Source: an uncultured Acetatifactor sp.
Lineage (GTDB): Bacteria > Bacillota > Clostridia > Lachnospirales > Lachnospiraceae
Assembly (NCBI GenBank): GCA_910588225.1
Contig: CAJUQT010000010.1
Location: 29,224-93,223 of the forward strand
DNA: 64,000 bases
Direction of reading: 5' to 3'
Shown: positions 49,926 to 60,251 of the stretch, piece by piece
Numbering within the stretch: the first letter of the stretch is position 1
How the letters are laid out: the number at the start of each line of letters is the position of its first letter
Position numbers and translations under genes: made by a program
The notes under the pieces: generated by a model
Database searches by the model: none
What the model saw: only the letters and a program-made list of their open reading frames with translations
Told to the model about the DNA's origin: nothing

Positions 49926-51398
49926 ATGATGAAAAAAGATACAATAGCGGCAATTGCCACAGGACTGACTGATGCAGGAATAGGGATTATAAGAATAAGC
50001 GGAAAAAATGCGGTAGAGGTTGGAGACAGACTATTCAGATTGCCGTCCGGAAGAAAAATGTTGTCCAAAGCGGAAAGTCATAGAATGTACTATGGATATG
50101 TGGCAGAAGAAAATAAAGATTTCATCATTGATGAAGTTATGATAGTAGTTATGAGGGCACCCAGAAGCTTTACAGGGGAAGATACGGTGGAAATACAATG
50201 TCATGGCGGTGTACTTGTGATGAAGAAAATTCTTTCTGCTTCTCTTTCGTGTGGAGCAAGGCTGGCAGAACCAGGAGAATTTACGAAAAGAGCATTTTTA
50301 AACGGAAGAATTGACCTGGCAGGAGCCGAGGCAGTAATGGATGTAATACAATCTCAGAATGAATATGCGCTGGCTTCTTCCGTGAGCCAGTTGAAAGGAG
50401 CTCTTTCCGGAGAAATTAGGAAGCTCAGAGCGGAAATGATTCATGAGATTGCTTTTATTGAATCTGCATTAGATGATCCGGAACATTTCAGTCTGGAGAA
50501 TTATCCTGAGGAATTGTATGTAAAAATTGAGATGACAGCTGATAAAATAAAAAAAATGATTGATACCGCTGATAACGGTAAGCTGATAAAAGAGGGAATC
50601 AGGACAGTAATTGTGGGGAAACCGAATGCGGGAAAATCTTCTCTGTTAAATTGTATTGCAGGGGAAGAGAGAGCGATTGTGACGGATATAGCCGGAACTA
50701 CAAGAGATATCCTTCAGGAAACGGTGAAATTAGGTGAAATCTGCTTGAATATTGTGGATACTGCAGGTATCCGTGATACCGGAGATATTGTAGAAAAAAT
50801 TGGTGTGGAGAAGGCGAAAGAGTCTGCGGAATCTGCAGATTTGATTGTATATGTTGTGGATACTTCCACGGAATTGGATGAAAATGACAGAGAGATTATA
50901 TCTCTGATAATGAATAAGCCTGTTATTGTTTTGATGAACAAAAGTGATCTGAAAAACATTGTCACAGAAGAAATGATTTGTAGTCTTTTTCAAGAAATAT
51001 TGGAGAGGGAATCTTATAAAGAGGATGAAGAGAATAAAAAGCAAAAAAAATATATAAAAAATTTTTTTCAGGAAAAAAGATTGATAACAATCAAAACTTC
51101 TGCCAGAGAGGAAGAAGGCCTGGATATCTTTGAAAAGGCTGTGAAGGATATGTTTTTTAAGGAAGAAATTAAGAGTACAGGTGAAATTGTGATTACAAAT
51201 ATGCGGCACAAAGAGGCATTGCAGGAAGCTTTTGATTCGTTGATGCTGGTGAAAAAAAGTATTGAGGATGGAATGCCGGAGGATTTTTATTCCATTGATT
51301 TAATAAATGCCTATGCTTCTCTGGGGAGAATTATAGGGGAAGAAGTGGATGATGACTTGGTGGAAGAGATTTTTTCTAAATTTTGTATGGGAAAATAA
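49926..51398 (+). CDS. mnmE: tRNA modification GTPase MnmE
   Basis: [47 protein letters not shown]. Confidence 0.97.
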   Translation: MMKKDTIAAIATGLTDAGIGIIRISGKNAVEVGDRLFRLPSGRKMLSKAESHRMYYGYVAEENKDFIIDEVMIVVMRAPRSFTGEDTVEIQCHGGVLVMKKILSASLSCGARLAEPGEFTKRAFLNGRIDLAGAEAVMDVIQSQNEYALASSVSQLKGALSGEIRKLRAEMIHEIAFIESALDDPEHFSLENYPEELYVKIEMTADKIKKMIDTADNGKLIKEGIRTVIVGKPNAGKSSLLNCIAGEERAIVTDIAGTTRDILQETVKLGEICLNIVDTAGIRDTGDIVEKIGVEKAKESAESADLIVYVVDTSTELDENDREIISLIMNKPVIVLMNKSDLKNIVTEEMICSLFQEILERESYKEDEENKKQKKYIKNFFQEKRLITIKTSAREEEGLDIFEKAVKDMFFKEEIKSTGEIVITNMRHKEALQEAFDSLMLVKKSIEDGMPEDFYSIDLINAYASLGRIIGEEVDDDLVEEIFSKFCMGK

Positions 51399-51400
51399 AG

Positions 51401-53323
51401 ATGAGCAGAATAAATGAATTTGTGGAAAAAGTGGATGTATGTGTAATTGGAGCCGGACATGCGGGCTGTGAGGCGGCTCTGGCCTGTGCAAGATTGGGGT
51501 TGGAGACAGTTATTTTTACTGTCAGTGTGGACAGCATTGCTCTGATGCCATGTAATCCAAATGTGGGAGGATCTTCTAAAGGACATTTGGTGAGAGAGCT
51601 GGATGCGTTGGGCGGTGAGATGGGAAAGAATATTGACAAGACTTTTATTCAGTCGAAAATGCTCAATGTATCGAAAGGCCCCGCGGTTCATTCCTTAAGA
51701 GCACAGGCCGATAAGGCGGAATATACCAGAGAAATGAGAAAGGTTCTGGAGAATCAGGACCATCTGGTAATCAAGCAGGCAGAAGTAAGTGAATTGCTGT
51801 GGGAAGAGATAGGAGATTCCGAGGAGAGACAGGACAGGTATCAGAAGAAAATAAAGGGTGTAAAGATTTTTTCAGGAATGGTCTATGAATGTAAGGCTGT
51901 GGTTTTGTGTACGGGAACTTATCTGGGAGCAAGGTGCCTGTGCGGGGAGTCTATTACCTATACGGGACCAAATGGTCTGCAGGCTGCCAATTATCTGGCG
52001 GAATCTCTGAAGAAAATGGGGATAGAGCTTCGTCGTTTTAAGACGGGGACACCTGCCAGAATGGACAGAAGAAGTATAGACTTTTCTAAAATGGAAGAGC
52101 AGTTTGGGGATGAGCGTATTGTTCCTTTTTCTTTTTCAACGGATCCGGAGACAGTACAGAAGGAACAGATATCCTGCTGGCTTACCTACACAAATGAAAA
52201 AACTCATGAGATTATCAGAGAGAATCTGGACAGATCTCCGATTTATGCGGGGATTATTGAGGGTACAGGTCCCAGATACTGTCCTTCCATCGAGGATAAG
52301 GTGGTAAAATTTGCGGAAAAGGAGAGACATCAGGTTTTCATTGAACCGGAGGGTCTCCATACAAATGAAATGTATGTGGCAGGAATGTCCTCTTCTCTTC
52401 CCGAAGATGTACAGCTGGCCATGTATAGAACGGTTCCCGGTCTGGAGAAATGCAGGATTGTGCGTAATGCTTATGCTATAGAATATGACTGCATTCATGC
52501 GGGACAGCTTTATCCTACTTTGGAATTCAGGAAAATAAAGAGACTTTTCAGTGCGGGACAGTTTAATGGAAGCAGTGGCTATGAGGAAGCGGCCTGTCAG
52601 GGTCTGGTGGCAGGAATCAATGCGGCCATGTCAATATTGGGAAGGGAACCTCTGATAATTGACAGATCGGAAGGTTATATCGGTGTGTTGATTGATGATC
52701 TTGTGACAAAAAATAATAGAGAGCCCTATAGAATGATGACTTCCCGGGCGGAATACAGACTGCTGTTGCGTCAGGATAACGCTGATCTTCGGCTCAGAAA
52801 GAAAGGATATGAAGCAGGATTGATATCCCAGGAGGAGTATGGGAATTTACTGGAAAAAGAAAAGCTGATTGAGAGTGAAATTGAAAGGCTGAAAAATACT
52901 TCAGTAGGTGCAAATAAAGAAGTACAGCATTTTCTGGAATTACATGCCAGTTCTTGTTTAAAGACTGCAGCCAGTCTTGCAGAATTGTTATGCCGCCCGG
53001 AGCTTTCCTATGAGATTTTAGGAGAAATTGACAGTGATAGAAAGACATTACCTGCAGAAGTAATAGAACAGGTGGAAATTGAAATCAAGTATGAAGGATA
53101 TATTGTCAGACAGAAACGTCAGGTAGAACAGTACAGGAAGATGGAGAAAAAGAAGATCCCTGAGAATATTGATTATGACCAGGTCTCTTCCCTTCGCATA
53201 GAAGCAAGACAGAATCTGAAACTGTTTCGTCCTGTATCTATCGGACAGGCGTCCAGAATATCAGGAGTTTCACCGGCGGATGTCTCTGTATTGTTGGTGT
53301 ATCTGGAAAAATATGGCAGATAG
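51401..53323 (+). CDS. mnmG: tRNA uridine-5-carboxymethylaminomethyl modification enzyme MnmG
   Basis: [47 protein letters not shown]. Confidence 0.97.
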   Translation: MSRINEFVEKVDVCVIGAGHAGCEAALACARLGLETVIFTVSVDSIALMPCNPNVGGSSKGHLVRELDALGGEMGKNIDKTFIQSKMLNVSKGPAVHSLRAQADKAEYTREMRKVLENQDHLVIKQAEVSELLWEEIGDSEERQDRYQKKIKGVKIFSGMVYECKAVVLCTGTYLGARCLCGESITYTGPNGLQAANYLAESLKKMGIELRRFKTGTPARMDRRSIDFSKMEEQFGDERIVPFSFSTDPETVQKEQISCWLTYTNEKTHEIIRENLDRSPIYAGIIEGTGPRYCPSIEDKVVKFAEKERHQVFIEPEGLHTNEMYVAGMSSSLPEDVQLAMYRTVPGLEKCRIVRNAYAIEYDCIHAGQLYPTLEFRKIKRLFSAGQFNGSSGYEEAACQGLVAGINAAMSILGREPLIIDRSEGYIGVLIDDLVTKNNREPYRMMTSRAEYRLLLRQDNADLRLRKKGYEAGLISQEEYGNLLEKEKLIESEIERLKNTSVGANKEVQHFLELHASSCLKTAASLAELLCRPELSYEILGEIDSDRKTLPAEVIEQVEIEIKYEGYIVRQKRQVEQYRKMEKKKIPENIDYDQVSSLRIEARQNLKLFRPVSIGQASRISGVSPADVSVLLVYLEKYGR

Positions 53324-53356
53324 AGAAAATCCACAAAGAAGTATGAGAGGATTATC

Positions 53357-54736
53357 ATGAATAAACTGAAAACGAAAAATCAGGATAAAACAGAATTATT
53401 TGAAAGAACACCCGTTCCTGTTGCGGTCAGGAGGATGGTAATTCCAACAATTATAAGTTCTTTGATCATGATTATATATAATCTGGCTGATACATATTTT
53501 GTAGGTATGCTGAATGATCCAATACAGAATGCCGCAGTCACGCTGGTGGCACCGCTTATGCTGGCTTTCAATGCGATAAATAATCTCTTTGGAGTAGGGA
53601 CAAGCAGTATGATGAGCCGGGCTTTGGGACGACATGATGAACAGACAGTGAGACGTTCTTCTGCCGTAGGGTTTTATAGTACAATATGTGCGGCGGCATT
53701 GTTTTCGCTGGGCAGCATACTATTTCGGACTCATTTGCTGCATATGTTGGGAACAGAAGAAAATACAATTGCAGCGACGGCAGATTATATGAAATGGACT
53801 GTCTGCTGGGGGGCAGTTCCTGCAATTTTGAATGTGGTTATGGCATATATGGTGCGTTCGGAAGGAGCTACTCTTCATGCCAGCATTGGTACCATCAGTG
53901 GTTGTGTGTTGAATATGATTCTGGATCCGCTTTTCATTCTTCCATGGGGGCTGAATATGGGTGCGGAAGGAGCAGGACTTGCAACTTTTCTGGGAAATAT
54001 GGCAGCCTGTTTGTATTTCTTTGGTTTATTATTTGTGAGAAGAAATCGTACATATGTGTCTGTCTCTCTGAAATTTTTTACCTTTGACAGAAAAATTATT
54101 CTGGGTATCTGTGCAGTTGGTATACCGGCCAGCATTCAGAATCTGTTGAATGTGACAAGTATGACTTTGTTGAATAATTTTTCCGCTTCATTTGGTTCCG
54201 ATGTGGTGGCTTCTATGGGAATTGCACAGAAAATAAATATGGTGCCCATGAATTTATTTTTTGGTCTGTCACAGGGGATTTTGCCTTTGATTGGATATAA
54301 TTATGCCAATGGGAATCACCGACGTATGAAGGATACTGTTTATTATGCCATGAAGCTTTCTCTGTGTCTTGTAGTTACTGTTTCGGCAGGTTATTTTGTT
54401 TTTGCAGGTTCTTTGGTTCGATTGTTTATGAACAATGATATTATTGTTTCTTATGGAACTCATTTTCTGCGAGCCATGTGTCTGCAGCTTCCGTTTATGT
54501 GTGTGGATTTTTTAGCTGTGGGAGTATTCCAGTCTACAGGTATGGGAGAGAAGGCTTTGATTTTTGCTATTTTGAGAAAAGTAGTATTTGAGATTCCAGC
54601 GCTCTTTATTTTGAATAAGCTGTTTCCTCTTTATGGACTGCCTTATGCGCAGGTAACTTCTGAAGTGCTTTTGGCTCTGATAGCGGTAATTGTTCTGATT
54701 AGGTTATTTAAATCTGTTGATGCATCTAATGGTTGA
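53357..54736 (+). CDS. MATE-family efflux transporter
   Basis: P.IISSLI..IYNLADTYFVG, LN.ILDPLFI, GAEGAGLAT, QGILPLIGYNYA; about 12 TM segments. Confidence 0.92.
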   Translation: MNKLKTKNQDKTELFERTPVPVAVRRMVIPTIISSLIMIIYNLADTYFVGMLNDPIQNAAVTLVAPLMLAFNAINNLFGVGTSSMMSRALGRHDEQTVRRSSAVGFYSTICAAALFSLGSILFRTHLLHMLGTEENTIAATADYMKWTVCWGAVPAILNVVMAYMVRSEGATLHASIGTISGCVLNMILDPLFILPWGLNMGAEGAGLATFLGNMAACLYFFGLLFVRRNRTYVSVSLKFFTFDRKIILGICAVGIPASIQNLLNVTSMTLLNNFSASFGSDVVASMGIAQKINMVPMNLFFGLSQGILPLIGYNYANGNHRRMKDTVYYAMKLSLCLVVTVSAGYFVFAGSLVRLFMNNDIIVSYGTHFLRAMCLQLPFMCVDFLAVGVFQSTGMGEKALIFAILRKVVFEIPALFILNKLFPLYGLPYAQVTSEVLLALIAVIVLIRLFKSVDASNG

Positions 54737-54848
54737 AAATGATAGCTTTCCGAAGGCAGGGGTACTGTAGGATGAAAGAAAATAGAATCCAACGGCAGAG
54801 TTTATTGTAAAAAATATAATATAGAATCATATGAAACGGAGATTTAAT

Positions 54849-55574
54849 ATGAATCAATATAATAATGATATTTTGATAAGAGATATGAATTCCCTGGGTG
54901 TTGCTTTGTCTGAGAAGCAATTGGAACAGCTAATGAAATATTATGAAATGTTGCTTGAATGGAATCAAAAAATAAATCTGACTGCCATTACGGAATTTAA
55001 AGATGTAATGAAAAAACATTTTGTAGACAGCGTTTCTCTGATAAAAGCATATGATGTCAGTCAATCTGTCTCTGTGATTGATGTGGGAACAGGAGCAGGA
55101 TTTCCTGGACTTGTATTAAAAATAGTCTTTCCAAATCTGAATGTTGTGTTATTGGATTCTCTGAATAAACGAATTCGGTTTCTGAATGCAGTGATCAATG
55201 AGTTGGAATTGAAGAATGTGGAAGCAGTGCATGGAAGAGCGGAAGATTTTGCAAGGCCTGGAAAATGGCGAGAGAATTTTGATTTATGTGTGTCCAGGGC
55301 TGTTGCGAATTTTTCAACTCTGTCAGAATATTGTCTTCCTTTTGTGAAACAGAAGGGTTGCTTTATAGCATATAAATCTGAAAAATCATATGATGAGATA
55401 AAGCAGGCAGAACAGGCAATTTCCCTTTTGGGAGGAAAGTCTGCAAAAAAGGTTGAGTTTATGCTGCCGGATTCGGATATTTACAGAGTTTTATATGTGA
55501 TAGAGAAGGAAAGAAGGACACCTGAAAGGTATCCCAGAAAAGCAGGATTACCTGGGAAGGAACCCTTATATTAA
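54849..55574 (+). CDS. rsmG: 16S rRNA m7G527 methyltransferase RsmG
   Basis: INLTAI, KHFVDS, IDVGTGAGFPG, LDSL.KR, GRAE, SRAVA, RKAG.P.K.PL. Confidence 0.96.
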   Translation: MNQYNNDILIRDMNSLGVALSEKQLEQLMKYYEMLLEWNQKINLTAITEFKDVMKKHFVDSVSLIKAYDVSQSVSVIDVGTGAGFPGLVLKIVFPNLNVVLLDSLNKRIRFLNAVINELELKNVEAVHGRAEDFARPGKWRENFDLCVSRAVANFSTLSEYCLPFVKQKGCFIAYKSEKSYDEIKQAEQAISLLGGKSAKKVEFMLPDSDIYRVLYVIEKERRTPERYPRKAGLPGKEPLY

Positions 55575-55584
55575 ATAAAATGAG

Positions 55585-55614
55585 TTGTCAGTCTTCAACA
55601 GTATGGAGTATAAT
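55585..55614 (+). promoter_or_regulatory. Putative SigA promoter of the diguanylate cyclase gene
   Basis: TTGTCA-N18-TATAAT. Confidence 0.5.
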
Positions 55615-55657
55615 ATATGAGGGGATTTCATGTGATTGAGAAGGATGGTGAAAACAG

Positions 55658-57025
55658 ATGGAAGAGAATATCAGTAAAAATAACGTAAGAGGAATCAAAA
55701 TACGTACGATTAATTTATGTATGATTTTGATTTCTTTTATTTTGTACATATTGCTTATTTTGGCAACAGTGAGTGCTTCCTATAGATATAAGCAGATGAC
55801 ATCTGCCATGGAAGATTATATTGCCTGTGAAAAAAATGTAGATATGATAGAAGAAGGGTCAGATTATCTTACGGAACAGGTTCGCCTATATACAGTGACA
55901 ATGGATAAAAAGTATGTGGATGAATACTTTAAGGAAGTTTATACGGTTAAGAGAAGAGATTCGGCTCTGGAGGAAATGAAAGCACTTCATCTTGGAGAAA
56001 AAGGGACAGAATATCTTCAGAGTGCGCTTGATAATTCTAACGAACTTATGGAAGAAGAAATTTATGCCATGAAATTGATTTCCTTGGCACAGGAGTCTGA
56101 TATGTCACTTTTTCCGGATGTGGTCAGAAATATGGAAATTAAGGAAGAAGACAGAAAATTAAGTTATGATGAAATGATAGAAAAAGCACGGGATATAGTT
56201 TTTAATCAAGATTATCAGAATAAAAAAAGTATGATAATGGATGATATTATGGTATTTTTGAATAAGAATATAGATGATACCATAGAGAAACAAGAAGACA
56301 GTGTACAGAATTTGAAACAGACTATGATAAGACAGCAGATATTAATCAGTATATTGTTTGTTGAAAATATTTTGATGTTTTTCCTGATAACAATATTGAT
56401 TATAAAGCCGTTGAAAATTTATATCGAAAATATAGAAGATAAGGAAAGACTGGACATATCGGGGTCTTATGAGTTTAAATATCTGGCATTGACCTATAAT
56501 AATATTTATGAGCTGAATGCCGCAAATGAAGCAATGCTTAATTATCGTGCAGAGCATGATCCTCTTACGGGAATTATTAATAGAGGTGGTTTCGAGAATC
56601 TCAGGCAGCGATTGAATTTAAAAAAGATTCCCATAGCTTTTCTTATTATTGATGTGGATAAATTCAAATTGATTAATGATGGATATGGACATGAGGTCGG
56701 TGATCTTGTTTTGAAAAAGGTAGCTAAAATTTTGGAAAATAGTTTTCGAACTTCGGATTATACTGCCCGAATTGGAGGAGATGAATTTGCAGTTATTTTG
56801 ACAGAAGTATTTTCGAATATGGAACGGGTTATCATGAAAAAAATAAGTGATATCAATGAGGAACTGCTTCATCCGGCGGATGGTCTGCCAAAAGTTTCTC
56901 TCAGTGTCGGTGGTGCTTTTTCTCCTTCAGGTTTCAGTGATGATCTTTATAAAAATGCTGATTCCGCTCTTTATAGGACAAAGGAAAACGGACGTTGTGG
57001 ATGTAGCTTTTATAAAGGTGATTGA
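55658..57025 (+). CDS. Membrane-bound diguanylate cyclase (GGDEF)
   Basis: TM, extracellular domain, TM, then HDPLTG, IDVDKFK.IND.YGH..GD, RTSD (RxxD I-site) and GGDEF. Confidence 0.92.
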   Translation: MEENISKNNVRGIKIRTINLCMILISFILYILLILATVSASYRYKQMTSAMEDYIACEKNVDMIEEGSDYLTEQVRLYTVTMDKKYVDEYFKEVYTVKRRDSALEEMKALHLGEKGTEYLQSALDNSNELMEEEIYAMKLISLAQESDMSLFPDVVRNMEIKEEDRKLSYDEMIEKARDIVFNQDYQNKKSMIMDDIMVFLNKNIDDTIEKQEDSVQNLKQTMIRQQILISILFVENILMFFLITILIIKPLKIYIENIEDKERLDISGSYEFKYLALTYNNIYELNAANEAMLNYRAEHDPLTGIINRGGFENLRQRLNLKKIPIAFLIIDVDKFKLINDGYGHEVGDLVLKKVAKILENSFRTSDYTARIGGDEFAVILTEVFSNMERVIMKKISDINEELLHPADGLPKVSLSVGGAFSPSGFSDDLYKNADSALYRTKENGRCGCSFYKGD

Positions 57026-57093
57026 ATTGTATGATTTTTTGATATACTTCAGAATTATAAAGATATTATGATTTTGGTAAAGTAGGAGATACT

Positions 57094-57621
57094 ATGAGAT
57101 TCGAGGATTATGATATGTTGAGTTCCATATTGAATGAATTTTGTCGGGAAAAGTCAGATTTAGAAGTTCAGATAGAACATAATCTGAAATGTATGAAAAT
57201 GGCAGATGTTTATATGGATTCTTATGTGGATTCTTTATCTGATGATTTTAAAATTTTTTCACCGAGAAGAACAGATACGGAAGAGAAGAGGAGAATAGAT
57301 AATGTCTCTAAGGAAAAGGCAGCTTATGAGGAAATTAATAAAAAGCTGTTGGAAAGAAAAGATATTCTGATAGATTATGTAGAGAAGTTGGAAAATCTAT
57401 TGAAGTATGAGAGAGTAGATGATACAGAAAAGAATGAGTATGTAGAAAATATGTGGAGTGATACAATATTAAATCTGGATACTCTTGTTCAGAGGATGGA
57501 AGTATGCTGTAGTTATATCGAAAAAAAACCGGTTCAGGCAAAGCAGGATTTCATTGTTATTGGAAGATATTTAAAAGAAATTACTTATAAGTTGAGAGAT
57601 TATATGAAGGGAAAGATTTAA
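57094..57621 (+). CDS. Coiled-coil protein resembling a truncated DegS/HisKA_3 kinase lacking the phospho-His and ATPase domain
   Basis: The C-terminal third aligns by eye to the HisKA_3 pattern with W-S in place of H-D. It ends before any HATPase motifs and sits directly upstream of a NarL-type regulator. Confidence 0.5.
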   Translation: MRFEDYDMLSSILNEFCREKSDLEVQIEHNLKCMKMADVYMDSYVDSLSDDFKIFSPRRTDTEEKRRIDNVSKEKAAYEEINKKLLERKDILIDYVEKLENLLKYERVDDTEKNEYVENMWSDTILNLDTLVQRMEVCCSYIEKKPVQAKQDFIVIGRYLKEITYKLRDYMKGKI

Positions 57622-57648
57622 TCGCAGAATATTATAAAGATAATGTAA

Positions 57649-58326
57649 ATGAGGTGGAATGTGGGGAAAAGAGTAATGTTGGCTGATGATCATGTTTTGG
57701 TGAGACAGGGAATCAGACAGTTACTTGAAGTAGAAAAGGATTTTGTCATAGTCGACGAAGCAGAAAACGGAAGAGAATGTATTGAGAAGTTAATAAATTA
57801 TCAGAAACAAAATCAAATGCCTGATCTTTTATTGTTGGATATTTATATGCCGGAGAAGAATGGGATTGAGGTTCTTCAGGATATAAAAAATAATGGAATG
57901 AACTTAAAGGTTCTAATTGTGACTGGTTTGATGGATGAAGATTTTCTGATAAAAGCATTTCAGTCAGGAGCGGATGGATACCTTCTGAAAAACTGTGATT
58001 TTTCACAATTGATTAGGGCAATTCATATTATTTTTCAGGGAGAAAAATATATACAGCCCGATATAGTAAATGTAGTAAGTATTTGGGGTATGACAGGATT
58101 AAAGCAGGATAAGGTAATGACTAAAGCTGCTTTATTAACAGAGCGTGAAAAGGAAATTTTGATGTATGTAGCCAGAGGAATGCCAAATAAGGAAATTGCA
58201 TCTTCTTTGAATATTACTGAGAGAACAGTCAAAAATCATTTATTTCATATTTTCAGTAAGATCGATGTATATGACAGGACTCAGGCAGCAATTTTTGCTA
58301 TAAAAAGTGGTATAATTCTGATTTAA
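57649..58326 (+). CDS. NarL/DegU-family response regulator (REC + LuxR HTH)
   Basis: LADDH.LVRQG, LLLDIYMP, GADGYLLK, LTEREKEIL...G..NKEIA..L.ITERTVKNH. GTG 57661 is an alternative start. Confidence 0.93.
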   Translation: MRWNVGKRVMLADDHVLVRQGIRQLLEVEKDFVIVDEAENGRECIEKLINYQKQNQMPDLLLLDIYMPEKNGIEVLQDIKNNGMNLKVLIVTGLMDEDFLIKAFQSGADGYLLKNCDFSQLIRAIHIIFQGEKYIQPDIVNVVSIWGMTGLKQDKVMTKAALLTEREKEILMYVARGMPNKEIASSLNITERTVKNHLFHIFSKIDVYDRTQAAIFAIKSGIILI

Positions 58327-58366
58327 TATTGTTTCGTTGAAATCTGTAAAAAGGAGATATTTGGAT

Positions 58367-59365
58367 ATGGTACCTGTGAAGCTGGAAGATGAATTATGGG
58401 ATGTTTATACAAAGGATAGAGTGAAAACGGGTAAAACGCACAGACGTGGAGATAAGATGGAAAAGGGAGAATATCATCTAGTGGTACATGTCTGTATCTT
58501 TAACAGTAAAAATCAGCTTTTGATTCAACAAAGACAGCCTTTTAAAAAGGGATGGCCTAATATGTGGGACATATCGGTGGGAGGTTCTGCGGTGGCTGGT
58601 GATGACAGTGGACAGGCGGCGGAAAGAGAAGTACTGGAGGAACTTGGGTTGAGGTTGGATTTATCAGATAAACGTCCGAGTTTTACAATGAATTTTTCAG
58701 ACGGTTTCGATGATTATTACATTGTAAAGCAGGATGTTGATATCAGAAATCTTCATTTACAGAATGAAGAGGTGAAACAGGTAAAGTGGGTAGACAGAGA
58801 AGAAGCTTTGTGTATGCAGAATGCAGGAATTATGGTTCCTTATTGGTTTCTGGATAAATTGTTTGATTTAGGGGATGTCCATGTATTTGATGCTCATGGC
58901 AATAGGGAACATAGCTTAACAGTAGGGTTTGCATCATTTAAAAATGTGGAGTCCTGGATGAGTTTGGTGGAAATTGTAAGGGATAACTTTCCAGGACTTG
59001 AAACGAATAACGGAATGGAAAAATATCTTCAGACTTTATTAAAGAATATAAAGGAAGAAAGAGCTGTCTGTGCTTTAGATGGAAATATGGTGATAGGTAT
59101 TTTGTTGTTTTCTATAAATCATAATTTGATTAGTTGTCTTGCAGTTCATCCGGAATACAGAAGACAGAATATAGCTTCTCGTATGGTGGATTTGATGCTG
59201 ACTAAGATGGATTCCAATAGAGATATTTCAGTGGAGACATTTAGGGAAGGTGATGAAAAAGGGGGTGCTTCCAGGTTGTTTTATTCTTCAATGGGTTTTG
59301 TGCCTGGAGAATTAACATTTTCTTTAAATTATCCGACACAAAAATTTATATTGAAGTCTAAATAA
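58367..59365 (+). CDS. Nudix hydrolase-GNAT acetyltransferase fusion
   Basis: Nudix box GGSAVAGDDSGQAAEREVLEELGL; C-terminal GNAT motifs LAVHPEYRRQNIAS and A..FY.SMGF. Confidence 0.85.
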   Translation: MVPVKLEDELWDVYTKDRVKTGKTHRRGDKMEKGEYHLVVHVCIFNSKNQLLIQQRQPFKKGWPNMWDISVGGSAVAGDDSGQAAEREVLEELGLRLDLSDKRPSFTMNFSDGFDDYYIVKQDVDIRNLHLQNEEVKQVKWVDREEALCMQNAGIMVPYWFLDKLFDLGDVHVFDAHGNREHSLTVGFASFKNVESWMSLVEIVRDNFPGLETNNGMEKYLQTLLKNIKEERAVCALDGNMVIGILLFSINHNLISCLAVHPEYRRQNIASRMVDLMLTKMDSNRDISVETFREGDEKGGASRLFYSSMGFVPGELTFSLNYPTQKFILKSK

Positions 59366-59695
59366 CTTTTGTAAAAATAAATCATATTTCTTTTATTGTT
59401 TTATTTTACTGGATGGAGTTATGGTGAGGTGGAATGGGTGTGTATGGTATTGTGAAAAGATTTTTTGACATGTTATTATGTAGTATGAGTGAGAATTCTT
59501 ATTTATGTATTTGAATTTTTTTATGTTTATTGTTAGCAAGACAGCAACTGATTTCATTTAATTGATATTTTGATTATCTTTGAATATATATTTTTTGATT
59601 TTTGATTTATATATGTGTTATGAAATAATGTATATAGTATGTAAAAATGGGATTATGAATCTGAGATGAAGGTAAATGAAGCTGAATCATGTTTA

Positions 59696-59808
59696 AATAG
59701 CTCAAAATGTTTCACGTGAAACATTTTGAGCTATTATTGTTTTGAACACAATATAATGTTTCACGTGAAACATGTAGCCCAATATATTGTACGGGTTCAT
59801 GTGAAACA
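59696..59808. other. parS cluster (two perfect sites and one degenerate site)
   Basis: TGTTTCACGTGAAACA at 59708-59723 and 59757-59772, and GGGTTCATGTGAAACA at 59793-59808, upstream of parA. Confidence 0.93.
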
Positions 59809-60251
59809 TATAAATTACCGTGAAACGTCAGATAACTTGTATTTTATATAAGAATTATAAACAAATTAAAGCGTAATTACACATTCGTTATCATTTTTTA
59901 ATAAGGTCGGACAGACAATATTGCTTTAGTTGTCTTCGCACTAAAGTATTTAAACTGTTACACAGATATGAATATGTCATACAATAGAATACAGAGAAAT
60001 TATTCTATTTTCGAGAAACGCAAAGAAATTATAGATACCTTTGCAAGATTGTATAGAAATGTGTTACATGGATAAATTGCAATTACTAATTTCGCAGTAA
60101 GGGTATCTAAAATAATACTTAATAGATACAAAAATTCAACTTTTATATAGCTATCTCTCACAATAAGTGCTATAATAAAAAATGCGACTTACCTGAGACT
60201 AAAATAAATCAGAAAATAAATAAAACGCTAAACATATGAAAGGAGTATACG

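Noticed and set aside
55575-60251. Mobile element or prophage explaining the AT-rich inserts
   Set aside because: No integrase, transposase, terminal inverted repeats or att-like direct repeats were found.
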